Notes: generated by a model from the sequence alone, not told the origin. Shown: positions 17,095 to 27,342, counted from the stretch's first letter. The stretch: DNA of 64,000 bases from Nitrospirota bacterium (GCA_016207905.1 JACQZC010000055.1:5998-69997), one strand, 5' to 3'. Translations and numbers: made by a program.

Positions 17095-18726
17095 TCACAT
17101 TTTTATGTGAAATGTCAATTCAGACACTGCCTTTTGATACTCCTTCCACAGTTCCTCCTTGCTTATCCCTGTGTCTATAAAATCCCATGGAAGAGGCTCA
17201 GTGAAATCTTTTTTCCTGAATATATAAAAGTCAGGCTTAATGCCTGAGTTATAACTGGCTTTCTGCCAGTCCGAGACCTCGAGCATCTTTATGAGTACAT
17301 TGGAAACCCTTCTGTCGGCCATCGAAAACATCCCTTGCATATATGCATACTTTAGAACATCGTGAAAGACCCGAACCCCCTTAATGGGAATCAAAGCTCG
17401 CTTAATCATACTTAGCCTTCTTTTAACTACATCTTCTTTTTCCATTGGATGCCACTGAAAAGGTGTAAATGGCTTTGGCACGAATGTGCTTACTGACAGT
17501 GTAACCTCACCTTTCGTAGGGCTTTCTCTTATCTTTTTTACAAGACCTATTATTCCATCTATATCTTCATCTTTCTCTGTTGGCAAGCCTACCATAAAAT
17601 ACAGTTTTAATCTTTCTATCCCATGCAAAAGAGCATGTCTTGAGGTCTCTATAATTTCCTCCTCTTTAAGCCTTTTGTTAATTACATTTCTTAATCTTTC
17701 TGTGCCTGCCTCAGGTGCAATAGAGATGCTTTTTCCCCTAAGGAGGGCTATTAGCCTTATGCTTTTTGGGCTTGCCCTCAGAGAGGTTATAGAGAAATTT
17801 ACACCCTCTGTCTTAAGGACATCCTCTATATAAGGGTAATCCATGAGGGATGGTGCTATGAGTCCCACCCTCTCTGTGAGCTTTAGTGCATCGGAAATCT
17901 CCTGTTTTATTACACTAAGAAGTTTCTTTCTGAGGGGGCTATACACATGACCTGCAAGGCAGAACCTACATTTCCATGGGCATCCCCTCATTGCCTCTAT
18001 AAGATACATATTAGAGAACTCTGTCTCAGGCGTTATTATCGATGGCTTAAATCCTGATATATCACTTACAAACCTTTTCTTTATTGTCTTGGGTGCACCC
18101 TCAAGAGCGGTTCTTTTTAATGGCTCATTACTTACCTCATAAAGAGATGGCACATAAAGACCTTCTATGTGGAGGCAGTTTCTTAAAAGTTTATCCTTTG
18201 TGCCTGCCCTTTTATACTCATCTATGAACTCATTCAGCATCTCCTCTCCCTCTCCAATAAAGCATATGTCAAAGAACTCGGCAAAAGGCTCAGGGTTTGA
18301 AAAGGCGCATACACCGCCCATGACGAGCAAAGGGTGAGAGGGTTTTCGCTCTGACTGCCTGAAGGGGATTTTAGAAAGCGCAAGGAGCTTAAGGATGTTT
18401 GGATAGTCGTTTTCAAATGACACTGAAAATGCAACTATGTCGAATCTTCCGAGAGGTCTTTTCGATTCCATAGAGAAAAGCTCCGTGCCTGTCCTTTCAA
18501 ACTCCTGCATGTCTTTAGGGTCAGGAAGGAATGCCCTTTCGCAAACAGTATCAACTCTTTCGTTAAGCAGTGTATATATGCCCTGAAATCCTAAATTGGA
18601 CATTCCAACAAAATATGTATTGGGGTAGACTAAACAAATATTGACCTTGCCTCCAGGGTCTTTTAATACAGTGCCCCGTTCCTTTTTAAGAAGAGCATCT
18701 GCCTTTTCAATAAGTCTACGGCTCAT
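17095..18726 (-). CDS. Radical SAM protein with an N-terminal B12-binding-like domain
   Basis: It has the CPWKCRFC (CX3CX2C) cluster motif, is 543 aa long, and overlaps the rdgB stop by 4 nt. Confidence 0.85.
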   Translation of the reverse strand: MSRRLIEKADALLKKERGTVLKDPGGKVNICLVYPNTYFVGMSNLGFQGIYTLLNERVDTVCERAFLPDPKDMQEFERTGTELFSMESKRPLGRFDIVAFSVSFENDYPNILKLLALSKIPFRQSERKPSHPLLVMGGVCAFSNPEPFAEFFDICFIGEGEEMLNEFIDEYKRAGTKDKLLRNCLHIEGLYVPSLYEVSNEPLKRTALEGAPKTIKKRFVSDISGFKPSIITPETEFSNMYLIEAMRGCPWKCRFCLAGHVYSPLRKKLLSVIKQEISDALKLTERVGLIAPSLMDYPYIEDVLKTEGVNFSITSLRASPKSIRLIALLRGKSISIAPEAGTERLRNVINKRLKEEEIIETSRHALLHGIERLKLYFMVGLPTEKDEDIDGIIGLVKKIRESPTKGEVTLSVSTFVPKPFTPFQWHPMEKEDVVKRRLSMIKRALIPIKGVRVFHDVLKYAYMQGMFSMADRRVSNVLIKMLEVSDWQKASYNSGIKPDFYIFRKKDFTEPLPWDFIDTGISKEELWKEYQKAVSELTFHIKM

Positions 18727-19322
18727 GTCTTTTGTTTTTCATGAATCAGATACTCATGGAGCTTTCTTAATGCCTTTTGTCTATGGCTAAGACTGTCTTT
18801 TTCAGAATGGCTCATCTCTGCAAATGTCCTTCTAAAGCCTTTGGGGTAAAACACAGGGTCATAACCAAACCCATGTCTGCCCATTGCAACCTTTGCAATA
18901 CTACCCTCTACAGAGCCCTCAAAGGTCTTAACCTTACCATCAGGATATGCTAAGGCTATTACGCAGACAAACCTTGCCTGTCTTTTACCCTCAGCAATAG
19001 AGTGCATGTTCTTAAGGAGTTTATTGAGATTATCTTTATCAGTAGCCCCCTCACCTGCATATCTTGCAGACAACACCCCGGGTGCACCACTTAGGGCATC
19101 CACCTCGAGTCCTGAGTCATCTGCTATGGCAGGTTTTTTGGTGAATCTTGCGACTGTTTGTGCCTTTTCTATAGCGTTTTCCTCGAATCTACTACCTGTT
19201 TCCTCAACCTCCGGGCAGTCGGGAAAGGATTCAAGACTTAATAATGTGAAACCTATCCCTTTCAAGAGCCTTCTAAGCTCCTCGATTTTTTTAGCGTTTC
19301 TTGTGGCTAAAACTATTTCCAT
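18723..19322 (-). CDS. rdgB: dITP/XTP pyrophosphatase (RdgB/HAM1)
   Basis: Motifs IVLATRNAKKIEE, DDSGLEVDAL and GFGYDPVF are present. Confidence 0.9.
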   Translation of the reverse strand: MEIVLATRNAKKIEELRRLLKGIGFTLLSLESFPDCPEVEETGSRFEENAIEKAQTVARFTKKPAIADDSGLEVDALSGAPGVLSARYAGEGATDKDNLNKLLKNMHSIAEGKRQARFVCVIALAYPDGKVKTFEGSVEGSIAKVAMGRHGFGYDPVFYPKGFRRTFAEMSHSEKDSLSHRQKALRKLHEYLIHEKQKT

Positions 19323-19339
19323 TGGTCTTTGATTTTTTT

Positions 19340-19348
19340 ATTATATCA
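19340..19348 (-). promoter_or_regulatory. Extended -10 element (TGATATAAT) upstream of rdgB
   Basis: An exact TGnTATAAT on the minus strand, 17 nt upstream of the rdgB ATG. Confidence 0.4.
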
Positions 19349-19397
19349 TTCAAAAATCGTTGCCACCTCCTTTTTTTATATGTTCAATTTGAATTCC

Positions 19398-19565
19398 CTA
19401 AGTGCTTGAATTATCTTCATTTTCACCGTTAGAGTGTTCAATCTTTTTCATTTTGTTCAAATTGCCGCCTTTTTCATCGGCATCTATGAGCCTTGCCTTG
19501 TCCATGAGTATTGCAGCATCAGCCTTGAACCTTAGCCTTTTTTCTTTTGAGATCTTTTTGCTCAT
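19398..19565 (-). CDS. Small charged ORF, 55 aa (MSKKISKEKRLRFKADAAILMDKARLIDADEKGG...)
   Basis: It has no SD, but a good promoter places the transcription start at or near the ATG, suggesting a leaderless mRNA. It is antisense to track ORF 19402..19635. Confidence 0.35.
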   Translation of the reverse strand: MSKKISKEKRLRFKADAAILMDKARLIDADEKGGNLNKMKKIEHSNGENEDNSST

Positions 19566-19572
19566 ATGTCGC

Positions 19573-19602
19573 ACTATATCAGTAAAAAATGGAAGCAGTC
19601 AA
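19573..19602 (-). promoter_or_regulatory. Putative promoter (TTGACT-18-TGATATAGT) for the leaderless small ORF
   Basis: On the minus strand the -35 box is at 19597-19602 and the extended -10 at 19573-19581. The ATG begins 7 nt after the -10 box. Confidence 0.4.
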
Positions 19603-19619
19603 TATGAAATATTTCACAT
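19602..19619. promoter_or_regulatory. Rex-like operator candidate (ATATGAA-ATAT-TTCACAT)
   Basis: 11 of 14 defined positions match the Rex consensus TTGTGAA-N4-TTCACAA. A second palindrome TTTCACGTGAAA lies at 19626-19637. Confidence 0.3.
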
Positions 19620-19665
19620 GAAGTGTTTCACGTGAAATGCTTCACTATGTCCATTTCCACATCCC

Positions 19666-19739
19666 GTCATTCCCGCTCGTCGGGAATCCTTCCGACTTGT
19701 TCGGAATCGAAAGAAAGATTCTGGACAAGCCAGAATGAC
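19666..19739. repeat. Compound palindromic element made of three short hairpins inside an outer inverted repeat
   Basis: ATTCCCG-CTCGT-CGGGAAT (19669-19687), TTCCGA-CTTGT-TCGGAA (19690-19706) and ATTCTGG-ACAAG-CCAGAAT (19718-19736), with outer GTCATTC/GAATGAC arms. Confidence 0.6.
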
Positions 19740-19884
19740 AATCAACGAGGCTGAAGGGTTAAAAATAATTCGGAAAAGCAACTGGGGTTTGGGGTGAAAC
19801 CCCAAATTAACAAGAATAGGACATTTCTAAATTGGCTTGACATGCTCTAAGAAAATCCTTGACAGCAAAATATGCCTGCAGGAG

Positions 19885-20715
19885 TCAGCCCCTGTTTACT
19901 CCTGCCCTTCTGTAAATCACATAATACACCAGTGCTACAAAAACACTGCCACCTATGATATTTCCTGCTGTTACAGGAATTAAGTTATGGATGAATCCTG
20001 CCCATGAGAGGTTTTCTATGCCCTGAGGTGTGACGAGCCCCCATTTATAAAGCAATATTCCAAGCGGGATGAAATACATATTTGCAACACAGTGCTCAAA
20101 GCCTGCTGCAACAAAGGCAGAAATCGGAAAGATGATTGCTAAAATCTTATCCATCACGCTTCTTCCTGCAAGTGTAAGCCATATTGCCAGACACACAAGG
20201 AGATTACAGAGCACTCCATTGAAAAACGCCTCTCCAAATGAAAGTGTCACCTTATATGCCGCAATACTTAAAGCCTCCTCACCGACTGCACCGCCTGACA
20301 TCTTCCAGTAGCCTGAAAGTATGACAAAGAGCACAATACCAATTGAGCCGATGAAATTGGCGATAAATACAATGAGCCAGTTTTTAATCAGCTCTACTGT
20401 GGAGATTCTTCTGCTTACCCATGCCATAACAAGAAGGTTATTCCCTGTAAAAAGCTCAGCACCGGCAATAACAACCAGGACAAGCCCCAGAGAGAATGTA
20501 ACCCCTCCAAGAACTCTGCTTATAGCAAAGCCAAGACTTTTATCAGATACAACAAGTGTAGAAAACATAGCACCGAGGCTTATAAATGCACCCGCAAGGA
20601 CACCGAGCATCACGACTGAAAGCACAGGCAGTCTTGCCTTTGTAACCCCAACGCTTTCAACCTTCTCGGCAATCTCTCCCGGAGAGTATGCATCAAACCC
20701 GAATATCTCTGCCAT
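19885..20715 (-). CDS. Formate/nitrite transporter (FNT) family channel
   Basis: Six-TM protein with the FNT signature FEHCVANMYF. I cannot tell the substrate (formate, nitrite or hydrosulfide). Confidence 0.9.
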   Translation of the reverse strand: MAEIFGFDAYSPGEIAEKVESVGVTKARLPVLSVVMLGVLAGAFISLGAMFSTLVVSDKSLGFAISRVLGGVTFSLGLVLVVIAGAELFTGNNLLVMAWVSRRISTVELIKNWLIVFIANFIGSIGIVLFVILSGYWKMSGGAVGEEALSIAAYKVTLSFGEAFFNGVLCNLLVCLAIWLTLAGRSVMDKILAIIFPISAFVAAGFEHCVANMYFIPLGILLYKWGLVTPQGIENLSWAGFIHNLIPVTAGNIIGGSVFVALVYYVIYRRAGVNRG

Positions 20716-20809
20716 AAATACCTTTTAGCAGAATTCAGACTCCATTGCAATAGCATATTCTAAAGCTACTTCTTGACAAACAGAGAAGTGCTTTGATACC
20801 TTAGATAGC

Positions 20810-23161
20810 GTGTCAAGAAAAAGGGTTATATTATTATTAGGTCTATTATTACTACTGGGTGTGGCAGGCTTTTTGCTCTCCAAATGTAAGAAAGAGGTAA
20901 GAGATACCCAGTCGCCCAGTGTTCCTTCTGGAATCATTGGAAATGCCCTATCCCCATATGAGATAAAGGTTTTATGGTCAGCCTCCACTGACGACACCGC
21001 TGTAGTTGAATACAGGGTCTATCAGAAGCAGGGACTGCTTGAGTCCATAAAAACGACATCTGCATCCTACAAGGGTTTAACCCCGGACAGCGCTTATTGC
21101 ATAAATCTGACTGCCTTAGATTCTACTGGCAATGAGTCGGGACATAGTAAAGAGGTGTGCATAAAGACCCCGGGGTTACTTATTGCAAAGGCAAAACCTG
21201 TGGTTAAGCCAAAGGTAGAGGTGCCAAAGGTAGAGGCGCCAAAGGAGAAACCTCCGAAGGTGGAAGTTAAAAGAATCCCCAAGCCACCAGAGCCACCATC
21301 AGGCTTAAAGGCAAGACCTATATCGTCCTCTCAGATAGACCTTACATGGAGCCCTTCCACTGCTGAATTGGGCGTATCGGGATATAATATCTACCGTGAG
21401 GGTACACTTCATAAGTCTGTAACAACTGCATCTGCTTCATACACAGGGCTTAAGCCCCAGAGCACATACTGCTTTACCATAAGTGTGGTTGACTCTGCAG
21501 GAAACGAGTCAGGAAAAACCCGTGAGGTGTGTGCAACGACTTTAACTGTAGAGGACAAAGGACCTCCCACTCCTCCAACAGGGCTCAAGGCAGAGCCTGT
21601 TGGAACTACACAGATAAACCTCACATGGAACCCCTCAAAGGATGACAGGGAGGTAACAGGATATAATGTTTACTCCAAAGGCGTGCTTTCAAAAACCGAA
21701 AAGGCAACAGCCTCGCAGATGGCAAAATTAAATCCGAACACCCGGTACTGCTATAGTGTAACTGCCTTTGATGATGCTGGAAACGAATCCTCTCAAAGCG
21801 GCGAGGCATGTGCAGTAACTGCCATGGCTCCTGACATAGGGATTCCATCAGTACCCTCTGGGCTTAGTGCAATTGCCTCGGCTCCAACCCAAGTAGACCT
21901 ATCATGGAATGCCTCTACAGACGATGTAGGCGTTACAGGATACAATATCTATAAAGATGGTGCATTTCTTAAATCCGTAACTACAACCTCCACATCCTAT
22001 AGAGACGAGGACCTTGGTGAGACAAGCTGTTATACGGTTTCTTCGCTGGATTCTGCTGGCAATGAGTCAGGTAAAAGCAGACAGGTCTGCGTAATGATGA
22101 AGGCAGTCTCTGCAAGGGGCACTGTCTGGGCAGGCGGAATGAACGATTATGGCCAGATAGGAGATGGCACAACTACAAGCAAGACTACACTTGTTCAGGT
22201 AGGCGGAATTTCTACTGTAATGCGAATAACAGCTGGGATGGAGCACACAGTAGTCCTCAAGGAAGACGGAACGGTCTGGGCATGGGGCAGAAATCTTAAA
22301 GGTCAGCTTGGAGATGGCACAACAGTAGACAGACATACCCCTGTTCAGGTTAAAGGGCTTAGCGATGTCACTGCAATAGCCGCAGGCTGGTATCACACCG
22401 TTGCACTTAAAAAGGACGGAACAGTGTGGGTGTGGGGTAGAAATTATTATGGACAGCTGGGAGACGGCACAAGCGCAGACAGAAGTACACCTGTTCAGGT
22501 TAAAGGGCTTACCGATGTCACTGCAATAGCCGCAGGCTGGTATCATACCGTAGCTGTTAAGAAAGACGGCTCTGTCTGGGCATGGGGATGGAACTTTAGG
22601 GGACAGCTTGGGGATGGCACTACGGATGACAGCAAAGTGCCTATACCAGTTAGGGACATTAAAGATGTCATAGCTCTTTCGGCAGGACAGCACCATTCAG
22701 TGGCACTTAAGAAAGACGGAACGGTCTGGGCATGGGGGTGGAATGACTCAGGACAGATAGGCAACGGCACGACTATCCCTGACAAATACCTTGCCACAGA
22801 GGTTAAAGGGCTTACAGGGATAAAGGCAATAGTGGCAGGCGGAAGCCATACCCTTGCCCTCAAAAAAGACGGCTCTATCTGGGCATGGGGTGCTAACGAG
22901 TATGGACAGCTTGGAGACGGCACGAGTGTGCCAAAGAGTATCCCAACGAAGATAGAGGCAGTCCCTGATGTCTACTATATCGCCGCGGGTATGAACCAGA
23001 CAGTGGCACTTAAATCAGATGGAACTCTCTGGGCATGGGGCTGGGGGCTAAAGGTAGGTCAGAGACAGGAGAAATTCACACCTGTTCGTATAAGTGGCAT
23101 TGTAGGTATCACTGAGATATCCGCAGGCATGTACCACATAGTTGCACTCAAAGGCGAATGA
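20810..23161 (+). CDS. Secreted or anchored protein with four Fn3-like domains and a C-terminal RCC1-repeat beta-propeller (783 aa)
   Basis: GTG start and an N-terminal hydrophobic signal. Four repeats of about 85 aa end in D(S/D)AGNES, followed by at least 7 repeats of GQLGDGT...P..V (RCC1-type). Confidence 0.85.
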   Translation: MSRKRVILLLGLLLLLGVAGFLLSKCKKEVRDTQSPSVPSGIIGNALSPYEIKVLWSASTDDTAVVEYRVYQKQGLLESIKTTSASYKGLTPDSAYCINLTALDSTGNESGHSKEVCIKTPGLLIAKAKPVVKPKVEVPKVEAPKEKPPKVEVKRIPKPPEPPSGLKARPISSSQIDLTWSPSTAELGVSGYNIYREGTLHKSVTTASASYTGLKPQSTYCFTISVVDSAGNESGKTREVCATTLTVEDKGPPTPPTGLKAEPVGTTQINLTWNPSKDDREVTGYNVYSKGVLSKTEKATASQMAKLNPNTRYCYSVTAFDDAGNESSQSGEACAVTAMAPDIGIPSVPSGLSAIASAPTQVDLSWNASTDDVGVTGYNIYKDGAFLKSVTTTSTSYRDEDLGETSCYTVSSLDSAGNESGKSRQVCVMMKAVSARGTVWAGGMNDYGQIGDGTTTSKTTLVQVGGISTVMRITAGMEHTVVLKEDGTVWAWGRNLKGQLGDGTTVDRHTPVQVKGLSDVTAIAAGWYHTVALKKDGTVWVWGRNYYGQLGDGTSADRSTPVQVKGLTDVTAIAAGWYHTVAVKKDGSVWAWGWNFRGQLGDGTTDDSKVPIPVRDIKDVIALSAGQHHSVALKKDGTVWAWGWNDSGQIGNGTTIPDKYLATEVKGLTGIKAIVAGGSHTLALKKDGSIWAWGANEYGQLGDGTSVPKSIPTKIEAVPDVYYIAAGMNQTVALKSDGTLWAWGWGLKVGQRQEKFTPVRISGIVGITEISAGMYHIVALKGE
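22340..22551 (+). repeat. Near-identical internal coding repeat (150-bp period) within the RCC1 region
   Basis: 22340-22401 and 22490-22551 differ at 2 of 62 nt. The other RCC1 blades are much more diverged at the DNA level. Confidence 0.8.
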
Positions 23162-23169
23162 CCGCTTAT

Positions 23170-23196
23170 TTGACACCCTGTACTTAATAATATAAT
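23170..23196 (+). promoter_or_regulatory. Putative glgB promoter (TTGACA-15-TATAAT), near-leaderless
   Basis: TTGACA at 23170-23175 and TATAAT at 23191-23196. The ATG at 23205 is 8 nt after the -10 box and there is no SD. The 15-nt spacer is short. Confidence 0.35.
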
Positions 23197-23204
23197 CTTA
23201 ACCT

Positions 23205-25367
23205 ATGCCATCAAAGGAAGAGATTTCTCTTATCGTAAAAGCAGAGCATTCAAAGCCCTTCAAGGTGCTTGGCCCACATAGAACCCCAAAGGGCATCTCC
23301 ATAAGAGCGTTCTTTCCCGGCAGGTCCAATGCATGGGTGATTAAGAAAAAGAAGAAGTTCCCTATGAGCCTCCTTCACCCAGATGGTTTTTTCGAGGCGT
23401 TCTTTGAAAAAGAAAAAGAGCTTTTTCCCTACATGCTCATGCTAAAGGATAAAAAGCCATTTTATGACCCATACAGCTTCCCTCGTCTTTTAACTGACTA
23501 TGACATCCATCTTATGGCAGAAGGTACTCATTATAAAAACTACGAGAAGTTAGGTGCCCATATAAGGAAGGTCAATGGAATAAGCGGAGTGCATTTTAGC
23601 CTCTGGGCTCCAAATGCAAGGAGGGTAAGCGTTGTCGGAGACTTCAATAACTGGGACGGAAGGGCGCATCCAATGTTATTAAGAAAAAACACAGGCATAT
23701 GGGAGATCTTTATCCCCGGGCTTTCCGAAGGCACTCTTTATAAATACGAGCTATTGGGAAAAAGGTATCTTTCGCTAAAGACGGACCCATATGGGTTTTA
23801 CTCGGAGCTAAGGCCAAATACAGCCTCTGTTGTCTGGGATATAAATAAATATACATGGAATGACCATGAATGGATTAATGGCAGAGGAAAGAGAAACGAG
23901 CTTGAATCTCCAATAGCTATATATGAGGTGCATCCGGGCTCATGGATGAGGGTTCCCGAGGAGGGGAATAGATTTCTAACCTATCGGGAGCTTGCAGGGA
24001 GCCTTGTAAGATATGTGGGTGAGATGGGCTTCACCCACATAGAGCTCCTTCCCCTGACAGAGCATCCGCTCGATGAGTCATGGGGGTATCAGACCATAGG
24101 GTATTTTTCGGCTACAAGCAGGTTTGGAAAGCCCGAGGAGCTTATGTATTTCATTGACTGCTGTCATCAGAACGGAATTGGAGTTTTGATGGACTGGGTG
24201 CCTGCACATTTCCCAAAGGACAGTCATGGACTTGCCTTTTTTGACGGGACATTCCTTTATGAGCACGAAGACCCAAAGCTGAGGGAGCATCCAGACTGGG
24301 GAACCCATATATTCAATTACGGAAGAAACGAGGTGGCAAACTTTCTTCTTACAAGTGCCCTTTTCTGGCTCGACAAATACCATCTCGATGGCTTGAGGGT
24401 CGATGCAGTTGCATCGATGCTTTATCTTGACTACTCAAGAGGCACAGGGCAATGGATACCCAACATATATGGAGGTAACGAGAATGTCGAGGCAATTGCC
24501 TTTGTAAGGAGGTTTAACGAGCTTTGCCATGAATACCATCCAGGGGTGCTTACGATAGCAGAGGAATCCACTGCATGGCAAATGGTCTCAAGGCCAACAT
24601 ATCTTGGAGGTCTTGGCTTCAGTCTTAAATGGAATATGGGCTGGATGCACGACATGCTGATTTACTTTGGAAGAGACCCGGTGCATAGGAAATACCACCA
24701 CAATAACCTCACATTTGGACTTCTTTATGCTTTTCACGAAAACTTTGTGCTTGTGCTTTCCCACGATGAGGTTGTTCATGGCAAAAGGAGTCTTCTCGAC
24801 AAGATGCCAGGGGATTTATGGCAGAAGTTTGCAAACCTGAGACTGCTTTTTGGGTACATGTATGCACATCCCGGAAAGAAGATGCTTTTCATGGGCGGTG
24901 AGTTTGGGCAGTGGTGGGAATGGGATTCCTCATCGAGCCTTCAGTGGCATCTCCTTCAGTATGAGCCGCACAGGAGGCTTCAGAGATTCGTTAGGGACCT
25001 CAATAGACTTCTTAAAGGAGAGCCAAGCCTCTATGAGCTTGATTTTCACTGGAGGGGCTTTCAATGGATTGATTTCTCGGACTCGGAATCGAGTGTTGTC
25101 TCATTCATGAGAAAGGCAAAAGACCCAGAGGACTTTTTAGTCTTTGTATTTAATTTCACTTCAGTTCCAAGACATAACTACCGAATTGGAGTCCCAAGAA
25201 AAGTCATCTATAGGGAGATTCTAAATAGCGACTCTGAGATTTACTTTGGAAGTAATTTGGGAAATGGTGGCTGGGTGCCTGCCGAGGATGTGCCTTCAAG
25301 CGGCATGCCCTATTCCTTAAACCTCACCCTTCCACCACTTGGCATGATAGCCCTTAAGCCACAGTGA
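23205..25367 (+). CDS. glgB: 1,4-alpha-glucan branching enzyme (GH13)
   Basis: Full-length GlgB with motifs [23 protein letters not shown] and SHDEVVHGK. Confidence 0.95.
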   Translation: MPSKEEISLIVKAEHSKPFKVLGPHRTPKGISIRAFFPGRSNAWVIKKKKKFPMSLLHPDGFFEAFFEKEKELFPYMLMLKDKKPFYDPYSFPRLLTDYDIHLMAEGTHYKNYEKLGAHIRKVNGISGVHFSLWAPNARRVSVVGDFNNWDGRAHPMLLRKNTGIWEIFIPGLSEGTLYKYELLGKRYLSLKTDPYGFYSELRPNTASVVWDINKYTWNDHEWINGRGKRNELESPIAIYEVHPGSWMRVPEEGNRFLTYRELAGSLVRYVGEMGFTHIELLPLTEHPLDESWGYQTIGYFSATSRFGKPEELMYFIDCCHQNGIGVLMDWVPAHFPKDSHGLAFFDGTFLYEHEDPKLREHPDWGTHIFNYGRNEVANFLLTSALFWLDKYHLDGLRVDAVASMLYLDYSRGTGQWIPNIYGGNENVEAIAFVRRFNELCHEYHPGVLTIAEESTAWQMVSRPTYLGGLGFSLKWNMGWMHDMLIYFGRDPVHRKYHHNNLTFGLLYAFHENFVLVLSHDEVVHGKRSLLDKMPGDLWQKFANLRLLFGYMYAHPGKKMLFMGGEFGQWWEWDSSSSLQWHLLQYEPHRRLQRFVRDLNRLLKGEPSLYELDFHWRGFQWIDFSDSESSVVSFMRKAKDPEDFLVFVFNFTSVPRHNYRIGVPRKVIYREILNSDSEIYFGSNLGNGGWVPAEDVPSSGMPYSLNLTLPPLGMIALKPQ

Positions 25368-25409
25368 AAAATCATGCCCTTTCGTTTAATTCCGAGCGCC
25401 AAAGGTTAG

Positions 25410-25724
25410 CCTATCAGTTGGCAGGTTGCAGTCCTTTTTATCGTTATCGAGAGAATGGGCAAGGCAATAAGAACACCTGCAAGGGATGCTATACTTTCGC
25501 ATGCCGCAAAACGAGTTGGAAGAGGCTTTGGGTTTGGTCTTCATGAGGCATTAGATCAGGTTGGTGCATTCATAGGTCCATTGATTTTCACCATTGTATT
25601 TCTTCTTGGAGGCACAGTCATGGGGCTTCTCTATGAGGTCTCGATAAGTTATCTGATTGCGTTTTCGGTTCTCCTTGAGATAGGCGCAATAGCAGTTTTC
25701 TTTAGAAAGAATATGCTAAATTAA
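25410..25724 (+). pseudogene. Remnant of an MFS transporter gene
   Basis: The open frame reads ...IVIERMGKAIRTPARDAILSHAAKRVGRGFGFGLHEALDQVGAFIGPLI... These are MFS-type motifs, but there are only about 105 codons versus about 400 expected. An in-frame TAG lies at 25407-25409. Confidence 0.55.
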
Positions 25725-25727
25725 TAT

Positions 25728-26924
25728 ATGCCGATTTATAGCTATGAAGCCTCTGACATGAGGGGCAAAAAGGTTAGTGCTTCTGCCGAGGCATCAGATG
25801 AGCGCACCCTAAGGGAAGAGCTTAGGAAAAACGGTTTAATTCCATTAAGTATAAAGTCGGCTGTGGGGAAAAAACCCGCAATAAGCCTCCAGAGGGCTAC
25901 AAAGAAAGACCTTCTCAGATTCACACAGGAACTCGGAAACCTTCTCGAATCAGGACTTCCAATAGACAAGGCATTGTTTGTTCTCTCCGAGCACTCCGAA
26001 AAAGAAAAAATGAGGTTGGTAATCCGAGAGATATATGCGGACATCCAGAGAGGACAGTCCCTTTCGCAGGCAATGTCAAGGCATAGGCTTTTCCCACCTC
26101 TTTATGTGAACATGATAAGGGCAGGAGAGGCAAGTGGTATCTTAGAGGCAGTGATAAGAAGGATTTCTGCATTCCTCGAGATGACCTCTCAATTCAGGGA
26201 TGAGATAATCTCTGCACTCATATACCCGATATTGCTTACGGTAGTCGGAGGTCTTTCGGTTGCCATCTTAATGCTTTATGTAGTTCCTAAGTTTACGAAG
26301 ATATTCGAGGACATGGGTCAGGCACTACCTGCACCAACACTGCTTCTTCTTAAGGCAAGTAATATATTTACCTCCTACTGGTGGCTGTTTTTTACGGTAA
26401 TCGTATTGGCGATTTTCCTCATAAGGGGCTATGCTAAGACCAAAGAAGGCAGGGTCTTTGTAGATGGCATCCTGCTTAGGGTTCCATTCATTAGGGTGCT
26501 TCATATGAAACTAATTATATCCCGTTTCTCAAGGACATTTGGAACACTCCTTCTAAGCGGTGTGGCAATTCTGGATGCTATAAGAATCTCGAGGGAGGTA
26601 GCTGGAAACGAGGTTGTCTCGGAAAGGCTTAGTGTTCTTGAAGATGGAGTCAGAAAGGGCAGTCGTGTTTCTTATGCCTTGGGGCAGAGCGAGGTCTTTC
26701 CTCCGCTTGTCGTTCAGATGATAGCAGTTGGCGAGGAGGCAGGAAAATTAGAGGAGACATTTCTCAGAGTTGCCGACAGGTTCGAGTCTGAAAGCAGAAA
26801 TCTCATCAAAAGGACAGTGAGCCTCCTTGAGCCAGCTATGATTGTAGTCATGGGAGTAGTTGTTGGCTTTATCGTCGTATCCATGTTGCTTGCAGTGTTT
26901 AGCATAAATGAGATACCCATTTAA
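25728..26924 (+). CDS. gspF: Type II secretion / type IV pilus platform protein (GspF/PilC family)
   Basis: 398 aa, with the two-fold repeated GspF domain architecture and three TM segments. Confidence 0.9.
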   Translation: MPIYSYEASDMRGKKVSASAEASDERTLREELRKNGLIPLSIKSAVGKKPAISLQRATKKDLLRFTQELGNLLESGLPIDKALFVLSEHSEKEKMRLVIREIYADIQRGQSLSQAMSRHRLFPPLYVNMIRAGEASGILEAVIRRISAFLEMTSQFRDEIISALIYPILLTVVGGLSVAILMLYVVPKFTKIFEDMGQALPAPTLLLLKASNIFTSYWWLFFTVIVLAIFLIRGYAKTKEGRVFVDGILLRVPFIRVLHMKLIISRFSRTFGTLLLSGVAILDAIRISREVAGNEVVSERLSVLEDGVRKGSRVSYALGQSEVFPPLVVQMIAVGEEAGKLEETFLRVADRFESESRNLIKRTVSLLEPAMIVVMGVVVGFIVVSMLLAVFSINEIPI

Positions 26925-27342
26925 CCATAACAAGGGTTTTACCCTTATAGAGCTTATAGTAGTCCTTTTTATTGTAGGCATAGCCTTCTCGGTCGTTACG
27001 GTATCGGTTGGCAGGTTATACGAAAAAACTGTATTTAAAGAGGAGCTTAAAAGACTCTTTAGGACATTAAAACATTCGAGGGATATGGCAGTCACGGAGA
27101 GGGCAGTCTTTACAGTCAATATTGACAGCGACAAGAGGACAGTGGGTATCGAAAAAGATGGCATGCCCTTTGGCTCTACAGTTACCCTTGCCAAAAATAT
27201 CAGCATCGAGGCAGAGCCAATAGTGTTTTTTCCAAAAGGCAATAGCTCTGGCGGGCTCATAGAGATTAAAGGCCCTGGCAATAATAACTATCAGATTGAG
27301 GTCTCGGCTGTTACAGGTATTGCAAAGGTCAAAAGGCTTTAG
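26908..27342 (+). CDS. Prepilin-type pseudopilin (GspH-like)
   Basis: N-terminal methylation motif KGFTLIELIVVLFIVGI. Confidence 0.7.
   Translation: MRYPFNHNKGFTLIELIVVLFIVGIAFSVVTVSVGRLYEKTVFKEELKRLFRTLKHSRDMAVTERAVFTVNIDSDKRTVGIEKDGMPFGSTVTLAKNISIEAEPIVFFPKGNSSGGLIEIKGPGNNNYQIEVSAVTGIAKVKRL

Noticed and set aside
20725-20997. 90-aa - strand ORF opposite the 5' end of the Fn3/RCC1 gene.
   Set aside because: It overlaps the signal-peptide region of a well-supported gene and the divergent promoter region, and it has no SD.
22067-22923. 209-aa and 126-aa ORFs antisense to the RCC1 repeats; the 150-bp periodicity could also be mistaken for a repeat array.
   Set aside because: The periodicity is the coding RCC1 blade repeat, and the sense frame has GQLGDGT in every unit. 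The antisense frames are Cys/Pro/Ser-rich mirror artefacts. There is no CRISPR-like repeat-spacer structure.
25364-25546. 60-aa ORF overlapping the glgB stop.
   Set aside because: It is out of frame with the recognisable MFS relic in the same region and has no motif or SD.
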